Counted from the first letter of the stretch, positions 9,467-19,336 are shown. The stretch is DNA of 64,000 nucleotides from an uncultured Clostridia bacterium (GCA_947630115.1 CANRGG010000008.1:351-64350), one strand, 5' to 3'. A program made the numbers and translations. Notes: generated from the letters alone by a model not told the origin.

Positions 9467-9521
9467 TCAAAGATCAACGTTCCAATATCGGAAACTGTAA
9501 CAGAATTATGGGAGGCATAGA

Positions 9522-9752
9522 ATGAAAACACTTGACGAGTTTTCCATCGGCGAGAGGGGGATCATCCGGACCGTCTCGGGCGAGGGAAAGATACGGCGGA
9601 GGCTCTTTGACATGGGCGTGACGCCCGGGGCGGAAGTCATGCTGCGCAAGAAGGCGCCGCTCGGCGACCCGCTCGAGGTCACAATCCGCGGCTATGAGCT
9701 CACGCTGCGGAAGAGCGAGGCGGCATGCGTGGGATTGGAGGTGAAGGAATGA
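9522..9752 (+). CDS. feoA: FeoA-family protein (copy 2)
   Basis: 76 aa. GERGIIRTVSGEGKIRRRLFDMGVTPGAEVMLRKKAPLGDPLEV is typical of FeoA. GGGAGG RBS; the stop overlaps the feoB start. Confidence 0.87.
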   Translation: MKTLDEFSIGERGIIRTVSGEGKIRRRLFDMGVTPGAEVMLRKKAPLGDPLEVTIRGYELTLRKSEAACVGLEVKE

Positions 9753-12118
9753 AAAAGTTCGCTTTGGCGGGAAATCCCAACTGCGGGAAAACCACTCTCT
9801 TCAATCTGCTGACGGGCTCAACGGCATACGTCGGCAACTGGCCGGGGGTCACGGTCGACAAGCGCGAAGGGACCTATAAGCGGGGTGCGGAGCCCGTCGA
9901 CATCGTTGACCTTCCCGGGATCTATTCGCTTTCGCCCTATACCCCCGAAGAGGTCGTCTCGCGGAACTTTATTCTGGACGAAAAGCCCGATTGCGTCATC
10001 AACATCGTGGACGCGACCAATCTCGAGCGAAACCTCTACCTGACCACCCAGCTCATGGAGATCGACGTGCCCGTCATCATCGCGCTCAACATGATGGACG
10101 CGGTCGAAAAGGCAGGGGACTCGATCGACGCGAAGGAGCTCGAACGAAAGATCGGGCTGCCCGTCGTCGAAATCTCGGCGCTCAAAAACCAGGGGATCAA
10201 GGAACTCATGGACCGGGCGATCAAGATCTCCAAGACACCGCGCAAAGGGCAGACCGTGCTGCAAAATTCCCAACTCGCCCATCTTGTGCGGGATGTGACG
10301 ATCGCCCTCGAGGGAGCGAAAGTTGAAAATCCGCTCTTTCATGCGGTGAAGCTCACCGAGCTCGACGAGATCGAGGTGGGTATGCACCCCGAGCTCGTCC
10401 ATACCGTCGAAGCCTTCAAGGCGACCTTCTCGGACGACACCTTCGGGACCGATTTTGAGGCCGTCGTCGCGGACGCAAGATACAAATACATTTCGGAAAA
10501 TTATTCGCCCGTTCTCGAGCGCAAAAACAAGACGAAGGAGAAGCTCACAAGATCCGACAAGGCGGACAAAGTGCTCACCCACCGGATCTGGGGGATCCCG
10601 ATCTTCCTCGTCATTCTGTTTGCGATCTTCCATCTCACGTTCGCAGAAGATCTCTTCTTTTTGGGGGCGATCTCGGGCGGCAGGCTCCCGACCCTTTTCG
10701 GAAGTACGGCGGAAGGGGGGCTCGGCTGGGAGGAAAACGCCGCGACCACTCTCGTCGCCTGTTTCTATGACGGGGCGGTGTTCTCCCCGGGCGTGATCTT
10801 GACCAATCTCTGGACCTGGTGCCTCGATTGGGTGGGCGCTTTGCTCGAACTTGTCTGCGCCAATGCTGCGCCTTGGGTCACGAGCTTCGTGATCGACGGC
10901 GTCTGGGGCGGACTTTCCGCGGTGCTCGGCTTCCTGCCGCAGATCCTGACCCTGTTTTTGTTCTTCTCCATTCTGGAAGATTCGGGCTACATGGCGCGCG
11001 TTGCGTTCATTCTCGATCGGATCTTCCGCAAATTCGGGCTCTCGGGCAGGGCGTTCATGCCCATGATCATGGGCTTCGGCTGCTCGCTGCCCGCGATGAT
11101 CAACACTCGCACCCTTGCCGACGAAAAGGAGCGTACCTCGACCATCCGCGTCATTCCGATGTTCTCCTGCGGGGCGAAACTGCCCATCCTCACTGCGATC
11201 GCGGGCGGGATCGTCCAAGTGTTCGGAGTCGGGAATGCCGATCTCATTACCTACGGCATGTATCTCATCGGGATCGTGACGGCGATCGTCTGCGTCATTC
11301 TAATGCGCTCGACGAGCCTGCGCGGGGAGACGCCGCCCTTCATCATGGAGCTTCCCGCCTACCATGCGCCGCTTTTTAAGGGGCTCATGATCCACCTTTG
11401 GGATAAGACCAAGCACTTCGTCAAGAAGGCGTTCACGATCATCTTCGCCTCGACGATCGTCATCTGGTTTTTGTCCTCCTTCAACTGGCAGTGGCAGTTC
11501 CTGCTCGAGGAGATCGAGTATGAGGGCGAGACGATCATGATCAACCTTCATGCGGATCAGAGCATTCTGGGCTCGATCGGCATGCTGGTGCAGCCGCTCT
11601 TCACCCCGCTCGGCTTCGGCGTGCAGCTCAAAGAGTACGGCTGGGTGTTCGCCGTCGCCGCGATCACGGGGCTCGTCGCAAAGGAGAACGTCATCGCGAC
11701 GTTCGGAACGCTTGCGGCGTGCGTTGCCGGCAGCTATATCGCGACCGAAGAGGGTGTTCTCGAAGCGGTCACGATGATCACGGCGACCGGTATCACGATC
11801 CCCGCGCTCATCGCGTTCATCGCCTTCAACATGGTTACGATCCCTTGCTTTGCGGCCTGCGCCACGGCAAGAGCGGAGCTTCCCAAGGGAAAATTCAAGT
11901 TCACGCTGCTCTTCTGGCTCGTCGAATCGTACATCGTCGGCATGCTCATCTATCTTGTCGGCAGCTTCTGGTGGACGGCGTTCCTCTTCGCGGCGGTTGC
12001 GGCGGCTGCGATCACCGCGATCGTGCTCTGGAACAAGAAACACCCAATCGCGAAATATCATACAAGGGAGACCGCGGAAGAACTCGAAAAAGAAGCGGCG
12101 GTCTCGAAGGGGGATTGA
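9749..12118 (+). CDS. feoB: Ferrous iron transporter FeoB
   Basis: 789 aa from ATG 9749 (ATGA overlap with feoA). G-domain motifs GNPNCGKTTLFN, DLPG and NMMD, followed by a polytopic permease domain. Confidence 0.95.
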   Translation: MKKFALAGNPNCGKTTLFNLLTGSTAYVGNWPGVTVDKREGTYKRGAEPVDIVDLPGIYSLSPYTPEEVVSRNFILDEKPDCVINIVDATNLERNLYLTTQLMEIDVPVIIALNMMDAVEKAGDSIDAKELERKIGLPVVEISALKNQGIKELMDRAIKISKTPRKGQTVLQNSQLAHLVRDVTIALEGAKVENPLFHAVKLTELDEIEVGMHPELVHTVEAFKATFSDDTFGTDFEAVVADARYKYISENYSPVLERKNKTKEKLTRSDKADKVLTHRIWGIPIFLVILFAIFHLTFAEDLFFLGAISGGRLPTLFGSTAEGGLGWEENAATTLVACFYDGAVFSPGVILTNLWTWCLDWVGALLELVCANAAPWVTSFVIDGVWGGLSAVLGFLPQILTLFLFFSILEDSGYMARVAFILDRIFRKFGLSGRAFMPMIMGFGCSLPAMINTRTLADEKERTSTIRVIPMFSCGAKLPILTAIAGGIVQVFGVGNADLITYGMYLIGIVTAIVCVILMRSTSLRGETPPFIMELPAYHAPLFKGLMIHLWDKTKHFVKKAFTIIFASTIVIWFLSSFNWQWQFLLEEIEYEGETIMINLHADQSILGSIGMLVQPLFTPLGFGVQLKEYGWVFAVAAITGLVAKENVIATFGTLAACVAGSYIATEEGVLEAVTMITATGITIPALIAFIAFNMVTIPCFAACATARAELPKGKFKFTLLFWLVESYIVGMLIYLVGSFWWTAFLFAAVAAAAITAIVLWNKKHPIAKYHTRETAEELEKEAAVSKGD

Positions 12119-12289
12119 ATGCAGCCTTATGAAATCGTGATCATCGTGCTCGCCGGCGCCTTTGTACTCGGCGTCGCAGTCTGGCGGATCGTCCGCCATG
12201 CGAAGGGAAAGGGCGGCTGCGACTGCGGCTGCGGTTCCTGCGGCGGAAATTGTCCCGCCTGCAAGGAAAAACAGCGGGAAAGCAAATAA
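12119..12289 (+). CDS. FeoB-associated Cys-rich membrane peptide (56 aa, absent from the ORF track)
   Basis: ATG 12119 immediately follows the feoB TGA. One TM helix (IVIIVLAGAFVLGVAVW), then GGCDCGCGSCGGNCPAC. Followed by a terminator at 12330-12358. Confidence 0.75.
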   Translation: MQPYEIVIIVLAGAFVLGVAVWRIVRHAKGKGGCDCGCGSCGGNCPACKEKQRESK

Positions 12290-12329
12290 GTTCACACAAC
12301 AACAACCTTCATAAATCTTCTGAAAGGAA

Positions 12330-12358
12330 CGGACCGAGCGATTTCGGTCCGCTCTTTT
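12330..12358 (+). terminator. Terminator of the feo operon
   Basis: CGGACCGA-gcgatt-TCGGTCCG followed by CTCTTTT. Confidence 0.75.
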
Positions 12359-12429
12359 CGCAAAAGACTTGTCTCGGCGCAAAATTTATGATACAATTCT
12401 TTTATGAGAAAACAGGAGGCGTCTTTCCC

Positions 12430-12921
12430 TTGAAAAAATCCTTCAAGATCACGATCTTTGCGATCCTTTTCGTCTTTGTCCTGCTCGTTCTCGTCGTCTA
12501 CCCGATCGTGGTTTGGAACGTCTCGAAGAGCCCGGACGACCTTTCCCGTTTCCCCAAAAGCGGCGTCTGGGTGTGCGAAGGAGAGGATTTTTCGATCACG
12601 ATCGACCTTGGCGGCGAAGAGAAATGGGAGGGAGACAACGCGATCGGCGCCAAGAGCATTCTCTTTTCGTTCGGGGGAAGAGAATACGAGCTAAATTGCT
12701 ACTGCACGGGCGGGCATGGGACGATCTTTGTTCCCACGGCGCCCACCGAGATCCTGATCTTCGAATCGGAAGGGGACGAAGGGGAGAAGGTGCGCTTCGA
12801 CGTGAGCCGATACCGTTTCGAAGCGGACCGGTTCACCTTTCTGTACATCTCTCCCGCGAAGAGCAATACGGCGGCGTGCCTCAAAGAGGGCATGGACCTT
12901 GTTTTCGAGCGAAGAGAATGA
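12430..12921 (+). CDS. Hypothetical membrane-anchored protein
   Basis: About 163 aa from TTG 12430, with AGGAGG 10 nt upstream; an alternative ATG lies at 12388. Single N-terminal TM helix and no recognised domain. Confidence 0.45.
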   Translation: MKKSFKITIFAILFVFVLLVLVVYPIVVWNVSKSPDDLSRFPKSGVWVCEGEDFSITIDLGGEEKWEGDNAIGAKSILFSFGGREYELNCYCTGGHGTIFVPTAPTEILIFESEGDEGEKVRFDVSRYRFEADRFTFLYISPAKSNTAACLKEGMDLVFERRE

Positions 12922-12930
12922 GACCTTTAT

Positions 12931-12964
12931 GGCGGCGCGGCGGAAATATTTCCGCCGCGCCGCC
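12931..12964 (+). terminator. 34-nt perfect GC-rich palindrome (terminator-like, no U-tract)
   Basis: GGCGGCGCGGCGGAAA-ta-TTTCCGCCGCGCCGCC, 10 nt after the stop at 12921. Confidence 0.5.
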
Positions 12965-12981
12965 GTAAAACGGGTGGATCC

Positions 12982-13011
12982 TTGACAAAATTTGCGGGAA
13001 TGTGTTATACT
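12982..13011 (+). promoter_or_regulatory. Sigma-A promoter with extended -10, probably giving a leaderless TrxR-like mRNA
   Basis: TTGACA (12982-12987), 18 nt, TGtTATACT (-10 at 13006-13011). ATG 13018 begins 7 nt after the -10 box and has no SD sequence. Confidence 0.55.
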
Positions 13012-13017
13012 GCCGGT

Positions 13018-13905
13018 ATGGAAAACATACTTTATGATGTTGCGATCGTCGGCGGCGGAATCGCCGGCTTCGAGGCCGCGCTCACCTTAAAGACGCTGCG
13101 GCGGAATTTTGTCTGGCTGGGTGCCAATCGATTTGGTGGGAAGATCACTCTCGCCGAAAACGTGAGCAATTTTCCGTCCTTCTCGGGTACGGGAAAGGAG
13201 CTTGAAGCGCTGCTCTCCCGGCAGGCGGAGAGCGAAAAGCTCCCCTTCACGCCCGCGCGGATCGACGGGATCTATGCGGGCGGCGGAGAATTTCTATTGA
13301 CGGAGGGAAAAAAAGTCTTTCGCGCAAGGGCGGCGATCCTTGCGACGGGAGTCGAGACCGCGGGGAGCCTGAAAGGGGAGCGGGAATTTCTCGGGCGGGG
13401 GGTCAGCTACTGCGCCGTCTGCGACGGAGCGCTCTATCGCGGCAAGACTATCGCCGCGGTGCTCTTTTCGAAGGAATTTGAAAAGGAGGCGGAGTATCTC
13501 GCGGGCTTTGCGGAGAAGGTCTACGCCTTTTGCCGCTATGCAGGCGCGGCGTTCTCGACAAAAAATATCGAGATCGTGCCCCAAAACCCGACTTATTTGA
13601 AGGGGAACGGACGGGTCGAAGCGATCGGAACGGAAAAGGGGGAGCTTGCGGTGGACGGGGTCTTTTTCCTCAAAAATTCCGCGCCGCCTTCCGCCCTGTG
13701 CGGGGGACTCGAGACGGAGCCGGACGGGCACGTCCGCGTCGGACGGGATCTTTCTACCAACCTGAAGGGACTGTTTGCGGCGGGAGACGTGACGGGCAGG
13801 CCTTACCAATACGCCAAGGCGGCGGGGGAGGGACTTGTCGCGGCCTTCTCGGCAAACGAGTATTTGAGCAAGATCGAAACCAAAGAGAACGGGAGAGTGC
13901 GGTGA
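13018..13905 (+). CDS. Thioredoxin-reductase-like FAD flavoprotein lacking the NADPH-binding motifs
   Basis: 295 aa. FAD motif DVAIVGGGIAG, redox CxxC in GVSYCAVCDG, C-terminal GLFAAGDV. The second GxGxxA and HRR motifs of NADPH-dependent TrxB are replaced (AAVLFSKEF, CRYAG). Confidence 0.8.
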   Translation: MENILYDVAIVGGGIAGFEAALTLKTLRRNFVWLGANRFGGKITLAENVSNFPSFSGTGKELEALLSRQAESEKLPFTPARIDGIYAGGGEFLLTEGKKVFRARAAILATGVETAGSLKGEREFLGRGVSYCAVCDGALYRGKTIAAVLFSKEFEKEAEYLAGFAEKVYAFCRYAGAAFSTKNIEIVPQNPTYLKGNGRVEAIGTEKGELAVDGVFFLKNSAPPSALCGGLETEPDGHVRVGRDLSTNLKGLFAAGDVTGRPYQYAKAAGEGLVAAFSANEYLSKIETKENGRVR

Positions 13906-13942
13906 AAATTCCGGAAAACCGGTCAAAAAGCCCGCAATTTGC

Positions 13943-13971
13943 TTGTTTTTTGCGGGAAAAACGTGTATAAT
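13943..13971 (+). promoter_or_regulatory. Sigma-A promoter of the CNNM/CBS gene
   Basis: TTGTTT, 17 nt, TATAAT (13966-13971), preceded by CGTG. Confidence 0.5.
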
Positions 13972-14025
13972 AAAAGAAAATAAACGGCATTGCCGTGTTT
14001 TTAGAAGGAGATCATTCAAATCAAA

Positions 14026-15138
14026 ATGGACGCTGCCCCATCTTCGGACATAGCCCCACATCTTTTGCTCGCCGTGCAGAGTGGCACGGCGGTCGCGCTT
14101 GTCATCGTACTTCTCGTGCTCATCCTGCTCTCCGGCTGTTTCAGTGCGACGGAGACCGCCTACACGAGCTATTCGACTGTGCGCATGCGCCGGATCGCAG
14201 CCAAGAAGCGTTCCGCGCGGCTGGCGCTGAAACTCAGCGAGGATTATAACAAAGTTCTGACGACCCTGCTCATCGGGAACAACATCGTCAACATTGCAGC
14301 GGCGTCCATCGCGACCGTCCTCTTCACTTCCTTTTTGGGAGAGGATTTGGGCCCCACGATCTCCACGATCGTTCTGACCGTCGTCGTGCTCATCTTCGGC
14401 GAGATCACGCCCAAGACGCTCGCCAAGGAAGCGCCCGAACGGTTCGCGCGGATCGCGGCCTACCCGCTTTACGGGTTCATGTGCGTCTGCACGCCGTTCA
14501 ATTACATCTTCAACCTCTGGAAAAAATTCATCTTCCTTTTATTCGGGCTCAACAAAAAGAAGCCGAAATACACCGAGGAAGAGTTCAAAATGCTCGTTAC
14601 CGACGTCAAGGAAGAGGGGGTGCTCAACGAGACCGAACACGACCTCATCACCAAGACGCTGCGCTATGACGAATTGCATGTCGGCTCCTGCATGATCCCG
14701 CTCGATCGGGTCATCGCGATCGAGATCCGCGACGATTCGCGCTTCGTCTACCGCCTGTTCCGCGAGACCAATTTCTCCCGGATCCCCGTCTATAAGGGGA
14801 CGAAACAGAGCATTATCGGCATTTTATACCGCGCGGATTTCTATGAAAATCTTTTGGCGGGCAGGACGAATTTCGAAAACATCGTGCGACCCGTTTCCTA
14901 TACGACGACGGACGTCAAATTGTCCGATCTCATGAAGCGAATGCAGAACATGCGCGAACACATGATGATCGTGGGTTCGGGCGGCAACGCGCTGGGGCTC
15001 ATCACGCGCGAGGACATCATCGAGGAACTCGTCGGCGACGTCGACGACAAATATGACTTGACGCCCGTCACGTCCCCGCTGCAGCCGTTCATTCCGGAGC
15101 CTGAAGCGCCCGCCGCGGTGGACGAAACGGAGGAATAA
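14026..15138 (+). CDS. Hemolysin-family protein (CNNM/DUF21 transmembrane domain plus CBS pair)
   Basis: 370 aa. N-terminal 4-TM DUF21 region with FGEITPKTLA, then two CBS motifs. No C-terminal CorC_HlyC domain seen. Confidence 0.85.
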   Translation: MDAAPSSDIAPHLLLAVQSGTAVALVIVLLVLILLSGCFSATETAYTSYSTVRMRRIAAKKRSARLALKLSEDYNKVLTTLLIGNNIVNIAAASIATVLFTSFLGEDLGPTISTIVLTVVVLIFGEITPKTLAKEAPERFARIAAYPLYGFMCVCTPFNYIFNLWKKFIFLLFGLNKKKPKYTEEEFKMLVTDVKEEGVLNETEHDLITKTLRYDELHVGSCMIPLDRVIAIEIRDDSRFVYRLFRETNFSRIPVYKGTKQSIIGILYRADFYENLLAGRTNFENIVRPVSYTTTDVKLSDLMKRMQNMREHMMIVGSGGNALGLITREDIIEELVGDVDDKYDLTPVTSPLQPFIPEPEAPAAVDETEE

Positions 15139-15180
15139 CGCCCCGGCAAACTTTACGAAAACCCAAGAAAATCAAGCATA

Positions 15181-15205
15181 CCGCTCTTTTACAGGGCGGT
15201 TTTTT
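15181..15205 (+). terminator. Terminator after the CNNM/CBS gene
   Basis: CCGCTC-ttttaca-GGGCGG followed by TTTTTT. Confidence 0.6.
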
Positions 15206-15221
15206 GCGGAAAAGAGGCATT

Positions 15222-16379
15222 ATGGAGCTTTTGATCCCCTGCGCTTCCGGGTTGGAGGCGAGCGTGAAACGCCAGCTCGAAGAACTCGGCTACGGAAAAT
15301 GTCCCGCCCAAAACGGCAGGATCCTGCTCAAAGACGCAACTTGGGGGGACGTCGCCCGTCTCAACGTCTTTTTGCGCTCCGGCGAGCGCGTTTTGCTCGT
15401 CCTCGGAGAATTTCCTGCGGAGACCTTTGACGAGCTTTATGACGGGCTTTCCCGCCTTTCTTTCGAGGAATATCTTTCGCCGCACAGCAAGATCCTGATG
15501 GACGGAAAGTGCTTCAAGAGCAAGCTGATGGCAATCAAAGCCTGCGGCGGCGTCGCAAAAAAGGCGATCGTGAACCGCCTCAAAGAAAAGCTCCGCGTTC
15601 GTTCGCTCGACGAAACGGAGGAGCGGGCGATCGTCGGGGTCTCGATCTTGGAGGATCTTGTCACCGTCACCCTCGACTGCTCGGGCGACGGGCTGCACAA
15701 GCGGGGCTACCGCGTCCTGCCGTATGAGGCGCCGCTCAAAGAGACCGTTGCGGCGGCGATGGTCGAAAGTTCCTACTTCCGCGCCGGAAAGCCGTTTGCC
15801 GACCTCTTTTGCGGCAGCGGGACCATTCCGATCGAGGCGGCGCTCTATGCGCTCCATATCGCGCCCGGACGGCGGCGGAAGTTTGATTTTACCGATTGGA
15901 AATGTGCGCCGAAGGAGGTCTTGATCGCGGCGCATTCGGAGGCGGACGATCTTTGCGACCGGGAGACGAAACTCTCCCTCTTTGCGGGCGATCTTTCCCC
16001 GAAGGCGATCGAGATCGCGAAATACCATGCGGAACGGGCGGGCGTTTTGCAGCAGATCCGCTTTGCCTGCGCCGATATGCGCGCGTTTTCCTCGCGGGAG
16101 AGATACGGCGTGCTCATCTCCAACCCGCCTTACGGCGAGCGGCTCGGAAAGGGGACCGATCTTGCGCCGCTCTATCGCGATTTTGCCAAAGTTTTCCGCT
16201 CTCTCGGGGATTGGAGCTGCTATTTTCTCTCCGGTTTTCTGGGGGCGGAGGCGGCGTTCGGAAGGCGGGCGGACCGGCGCAGAAAGATCTTCAACGCCAA
16301 TCTCGAGTGCGGATTTTATAGTTTTCTCGGCCCGAAGCCGCCCAAAGCGCATGAAAGAGTCCCCGAAGGTGAAAACTAA
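15222..16379 (+). CDS. THUMP-domain class I SAM-dependent RNA methyltransferase
   Basis: 385 aa from ATG 15222. N-terminal ferredoxin-like/THUMP region, then a methylase core with DLFCGSGTIPIEA and NPPYGERLG. Confidence 0.85.
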   Translation: MELLIPCASGLEASVKRQLEELGYGKCPAQNGRILLKDATWGDVARLNVFLRSGERVLLVLGEFPAETFDELYDGLSRLSFEEYLSPHSKILMDGKCFKSKLMAIKACGGVAKKAIVNRLKEKLRVRSLDETEERAIVGVSILEDLVTVTLDCSGDGLHKRGYRVLPYEAPLKETVAAAMVESSYFRAGKPFADLFCGSGTIPIEAALYALHIAPGRRRKFDFTDWKCAPKEVLIAAHSEADDLCDRETKLSLFAGDLSPKAIEIAKYHAERAGVLQQIRFACADMRAFSSRERYGVLISNPPYGERLGKGTDLAPLYRDFAKVFRSLGDWSCYFLSGFLGAEAAFGRRADRRRKIFNANLECGFYSFLGPKPPKAHERVPEGEN

Positions 16380-16400
16380 ATAAAAATTATGCTTTCACAG

Positions 16401-16430
16401 TTGACAAGGTGAATAAATTTTGGGTATAAT
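16401..16430 (+). promoter_or_regulatory. Sigma-A promoter of the fused ABC transporter gene
   Basis: TTGACA (16401-16406), 18 nt, TATAAT (16425-16430). Confidence 0.65.
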
Positions 16431-16471
16431 AAGCGTGAAATTCCATATTTTGGACGCATGAGGCGGCATGT

Positions 16472-19159
16472 ATGCTTAAATTACAGGGAATCAAAAAAGA
16501 TTATAAAGTCGCGGACGGATATGTCCATGCGCTGAAGGGGATCGATCTCGATTTCCGCAAGAACGAATTCGTCTGCATTCTCGGACAGTCTGGCTGCGGG
16601 AAAACGACCCTTCTCAATATTATCGGCGGGCTCGACCATTATACCGAGGGCGATCTCATCGTGCAGGGTAAGTCCACCAAAAACTTCAAGGATCGCGATT
16701 GGGACGTCTACCGCAACCACAGGATCGGCTTCATCTTCCAGACTTACAACCTGATCCCGCACCAGACGGTGCTCGGGAACGTCGAGCTCGCGCTCACGAT
16801 CGCGGGGATCGGAAGAGAGGAACGCCGGAGACGTGCGGTCGAAGCGCTCGAACGGGTGGGGCTCGGCAAGGAGATCAACAAGCGTCCCAACCAGCTGTCG
16901 GGCGGACAAATGCAGCGGGTCGCCATCGCCCGCGCCCTTGTCAACAATCCCGACATTCTGCTCGCCGACGAACCGACGGGCGCCTTGGACAGCAAGACGA
17001 GCGTTCAGATCATGGACCTCATCCGGGAGATCTCGGGCGAGCGGCTCGTCATCATGGTCACCCATAACCCGGAGCTTGCCGAAGAATACGCGACCCGGAT
17101 CGTCCGCCTCAAAGACGGCGTTGTCGAGTCGGACTCCGCGCCCTACGAGTCCGCGGGACAGGAGGAGGAACAGTGGGACGCCTCACGCGAGGCCGATCTC
17201 GTCAAAGAACAGAACGAAAAGAAGGGGAGCGGAAAGGAGAAACGCAAGAAAGCGCGCGCCCGCATGAGCCATATGACGTCGCTTGCGCTCTCCGCAAGGA
17301 ACCTGCTCACCAAAAAGGGCCGGACGATCTTGACTTCGGTCGCGGGCAGTATCGGGATCATCAGCGTTTCGCTTGTTCTGGCGCTTTCGAGCGGCTTCAA
17401 CAACTACATCCGCCGCACCGAGGAGGATATGCTCTCCTATTTTCCGCTCACGATCTCCGAAAACACCTTCGATATGACGGCGGTCATGGGGAATATCATG
17501 AGCGCCAACCAAATGCCCGATATGTCCAATTTGCAGGACAAAGCCTATGTCAATTCCTTTTTGACGGGGCTCGCTCAGAAGATGGCGGTGACGAACGACA
17601 TCAGCGAAAAATATGTCGATTACATCGAAAAAATGGACCCTGCGCTCGTCAATACCGTACAGTACAGCTATGGGACGTCGCTCGTCGACAACCTGTTCAC
17701 CTCCGTCACGGTCGGCGGGATCAACGACGAGATCAAGGAGGAGACGTCCCGAAATTTCTCCATCTCCCAGCTCAAAGCGTTCTACATCAGCGAACTGAGA
17801 ACTTACGCCCCGAGCTACAACAATCTTTTGGGCATGGCGGATTTCTTCGGGAACATCGTCCATAAAATGCCCGGGACAGAGGACGTGAACGCGGCGGACT
17901 TCGGCGAATTCATCCTCTCGCAGTACGACGTGATCGGCGAGAATGCGCATTTCCCGCAAAACGAGAACGAAGTCGTGCTGGTCGTGGGGGAGGACAACCG
18001 GATCACTGATATGACCGCGGCGCAGCTCGGCATTTTGAGCGAGAAGATCTTCATCTCGCCCTTCCTCGAAGAGAACGGCACGGCGGACGAGGAATGGGAT
18101 CATCTCATCGATCTTGACGACATCATCGGCAAGAAATACGTGCTCTATTTCAACGACGCAGTCTATGCGGAGACCGACCAGCTTCCCATCACGGGCGGCT
18201 ATCCGTACGAATACAAGGGCGAGAGGACAGATCTTTCGGCAAGCGGCGAAGAGGGGATCGAGTTGACCGTTTCGGCGATCTTGCGCCTCAAAGAGGGCTA
18301 CACTTACGGGTGCCTCACCGAAGGATTGAACATTCCCGAACAGACAGTCAATCATTATCTTGAAAAAAATATGGAGTCGAAGATCGTGAAATGGCTCAAA
18401 AGCGACAGCGCGAAGGTCCCGAAGGAGCTGCTCGACAAGTACGCTGCGGTCATGGAGATCCCCGCGGGGATCGAGCTGTACTTCTCGCCCGCGGCCCATC
18501 TCAACGATGAATCGGGCTTTTTCAGCGCGGGAACGCTCAGTCTGACCTATAATGTGGAATCGGTCGTCCGACTTCTGGGCGGCGACAACACCCCCAATTC
18601 TTTGAAGATCTATCCCAAGGATTTCGAGACGAAAGAGGACGTTTTGGCCTATCTCGACGCCTGGAACGAGCTTGAAACGACCGAGGAGAGCGAAAAGATC
18701 ACCTATACCGACACGGTGGGGCTTTTGATGGGCATGGTGCAGACCATGCTTGACGTCATCACTTACGTGCTCGTGGCGTTCACGGCGATTTCCCTCGTCG
18801 TCTCGTCGGTCATGATCGGGATCATCACCTATGTCTCGGTGGTGGAGCGCGTCAAAGAGATCGGCGTACTGCGTTCTTTGGGCGCGAGAAAACGGGATAT
18901 CAAGAACCTGTTCAATGCGGAGACTTTCATCATCGGCTTGACCGCGGGGCTCATCGGCGCCGCCGTGACCTATCTTCTGGAGATCCCGATCAATGCGATC
19001 ATCTATTCGCTCTCGGGCATTGCGGGGATCGCCTCGCTCCCGATTTTGACGGCGGGGATCATGGTGCTCATCAGCGTGGCACTCACCTTGATCTCGGGCT
19101 TGATCCCGGCGTCGGCGGCGGCGAAGAAAGATCCCGTGATCGCGCTCCGGACCGAATAA
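16472..19159 (+). CDS. Fused ABC transporter ATP-binding protein/permease (MacB/FtsX type)
   Basis: 895 aa. Walker [10 protein letters not shown], signature LSGGQMQRV, Walker [15 protein letters not shown] helix follows, then a ~480-aa extracytoplasmic region and a C-terminal FtsX-type helical bundle. Confidence 0.9.
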   Translation: MLKLQGIKKDYKVADGYVHALKGIDLDFRKNEFVCILGQSGCGKTTLLNIIGGLDHYTEGDLIVQGKSTKNFKDRDWDVYRNHRIGFIFQTYNLIPHQTVLGNVELALTIAGIGREERRRRAVEALERVGLGKEINKRPNQLSGGQMQRVAIARALVNNPDILLADEPTGALDSKTSVQIMDLIREISGERLVIMVTHNPELAEEYATRIVRLKDGVVESDSAPYESAGQEEEQWDASREADLVKEQNEKKGSGKEKRKKARARMSHMTSLALSARNLLTKKGRTILTSVAGSIGIISVSLVLALSSGFNNYIRRTEEDMLSYFPLTISENTFDMTAVMGNIMSANQMPDMSNLQDKAYVNSFLTGLAQKMAVTNDISEKYVDYIEKMDPALVNTVQYSYGTSLVDNLFTSVTVGGINDEIKEETSRNFSISQLKAFYISELRTYAPSYNNLLGMADFFGNIVHKMPGTEDVNAADFGEFILSQYDVIGENAHFPQNENEVVLVVGEDNRITDMTAAQLGILSEKIFISPFLEENGTADEEWDHLIDLDDIIGKKYVLYFNDAVYAETDQLPITGGYPYEYKGERTDLSASGEEGIELTVSAILRLKEGYTYGCLTEGLNIPEQTVNHYLEKNMESKIVKWLKSDSAKVPKELLDKYAAVMEIPAGIELYFSPAAHLNDESGFFSAGTLSLTYNVESVVRLLGGDNTPNSLKIYPKDFETKEDVLAYLDAWNELETTEESEKITYTDTVGLLMGMVQTMLDVITYVLVAFTAISLVVSSVMIGIITYVSVVERVKEIGVLRSLGARKRDIKNLFNAETFIIGLTAGLIGAAVTYLLEIPINAIIYSLSGIAGIASLPILTAGIMVLISVALTLISGLIPASAAAKKDPVIALRTE

Positions 19160-19305
19160 AAGGGGCGCAGATCGTCCATACTGACTAACAAATAAAGCAA
19201 AGAGGTTTTCCGATGTCGAAAAAGACGAAACTTCCCAAACTCACCGACGAAGAATATGAAGAATATCTGCGTTCCTTGTTGAAAAAGTAAATGCAAAACG
19301 GAAAG

Positions 19306-19336
19306 ATCGGAGGCGCAAAAACGCTTCCGATTTTTT
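19306..19336 (+). terminator. Terminator downstream of the ABC transporter and the 25-aa ORF
   Basis: ATCGGAGGCG-caaaaa-CGCTTCCGAT followed by TTTTTT. Confidence 0.7.

Noticed and set aside
13984-14002. A hairpin plus T-run in the leader of the CNNM/CBS gene, as a possible attenuator.
   Set aside because: The effective stem is only ~4 bp (ACGG/CCGT) with a 5-nt loop, which is too weak to support a call.
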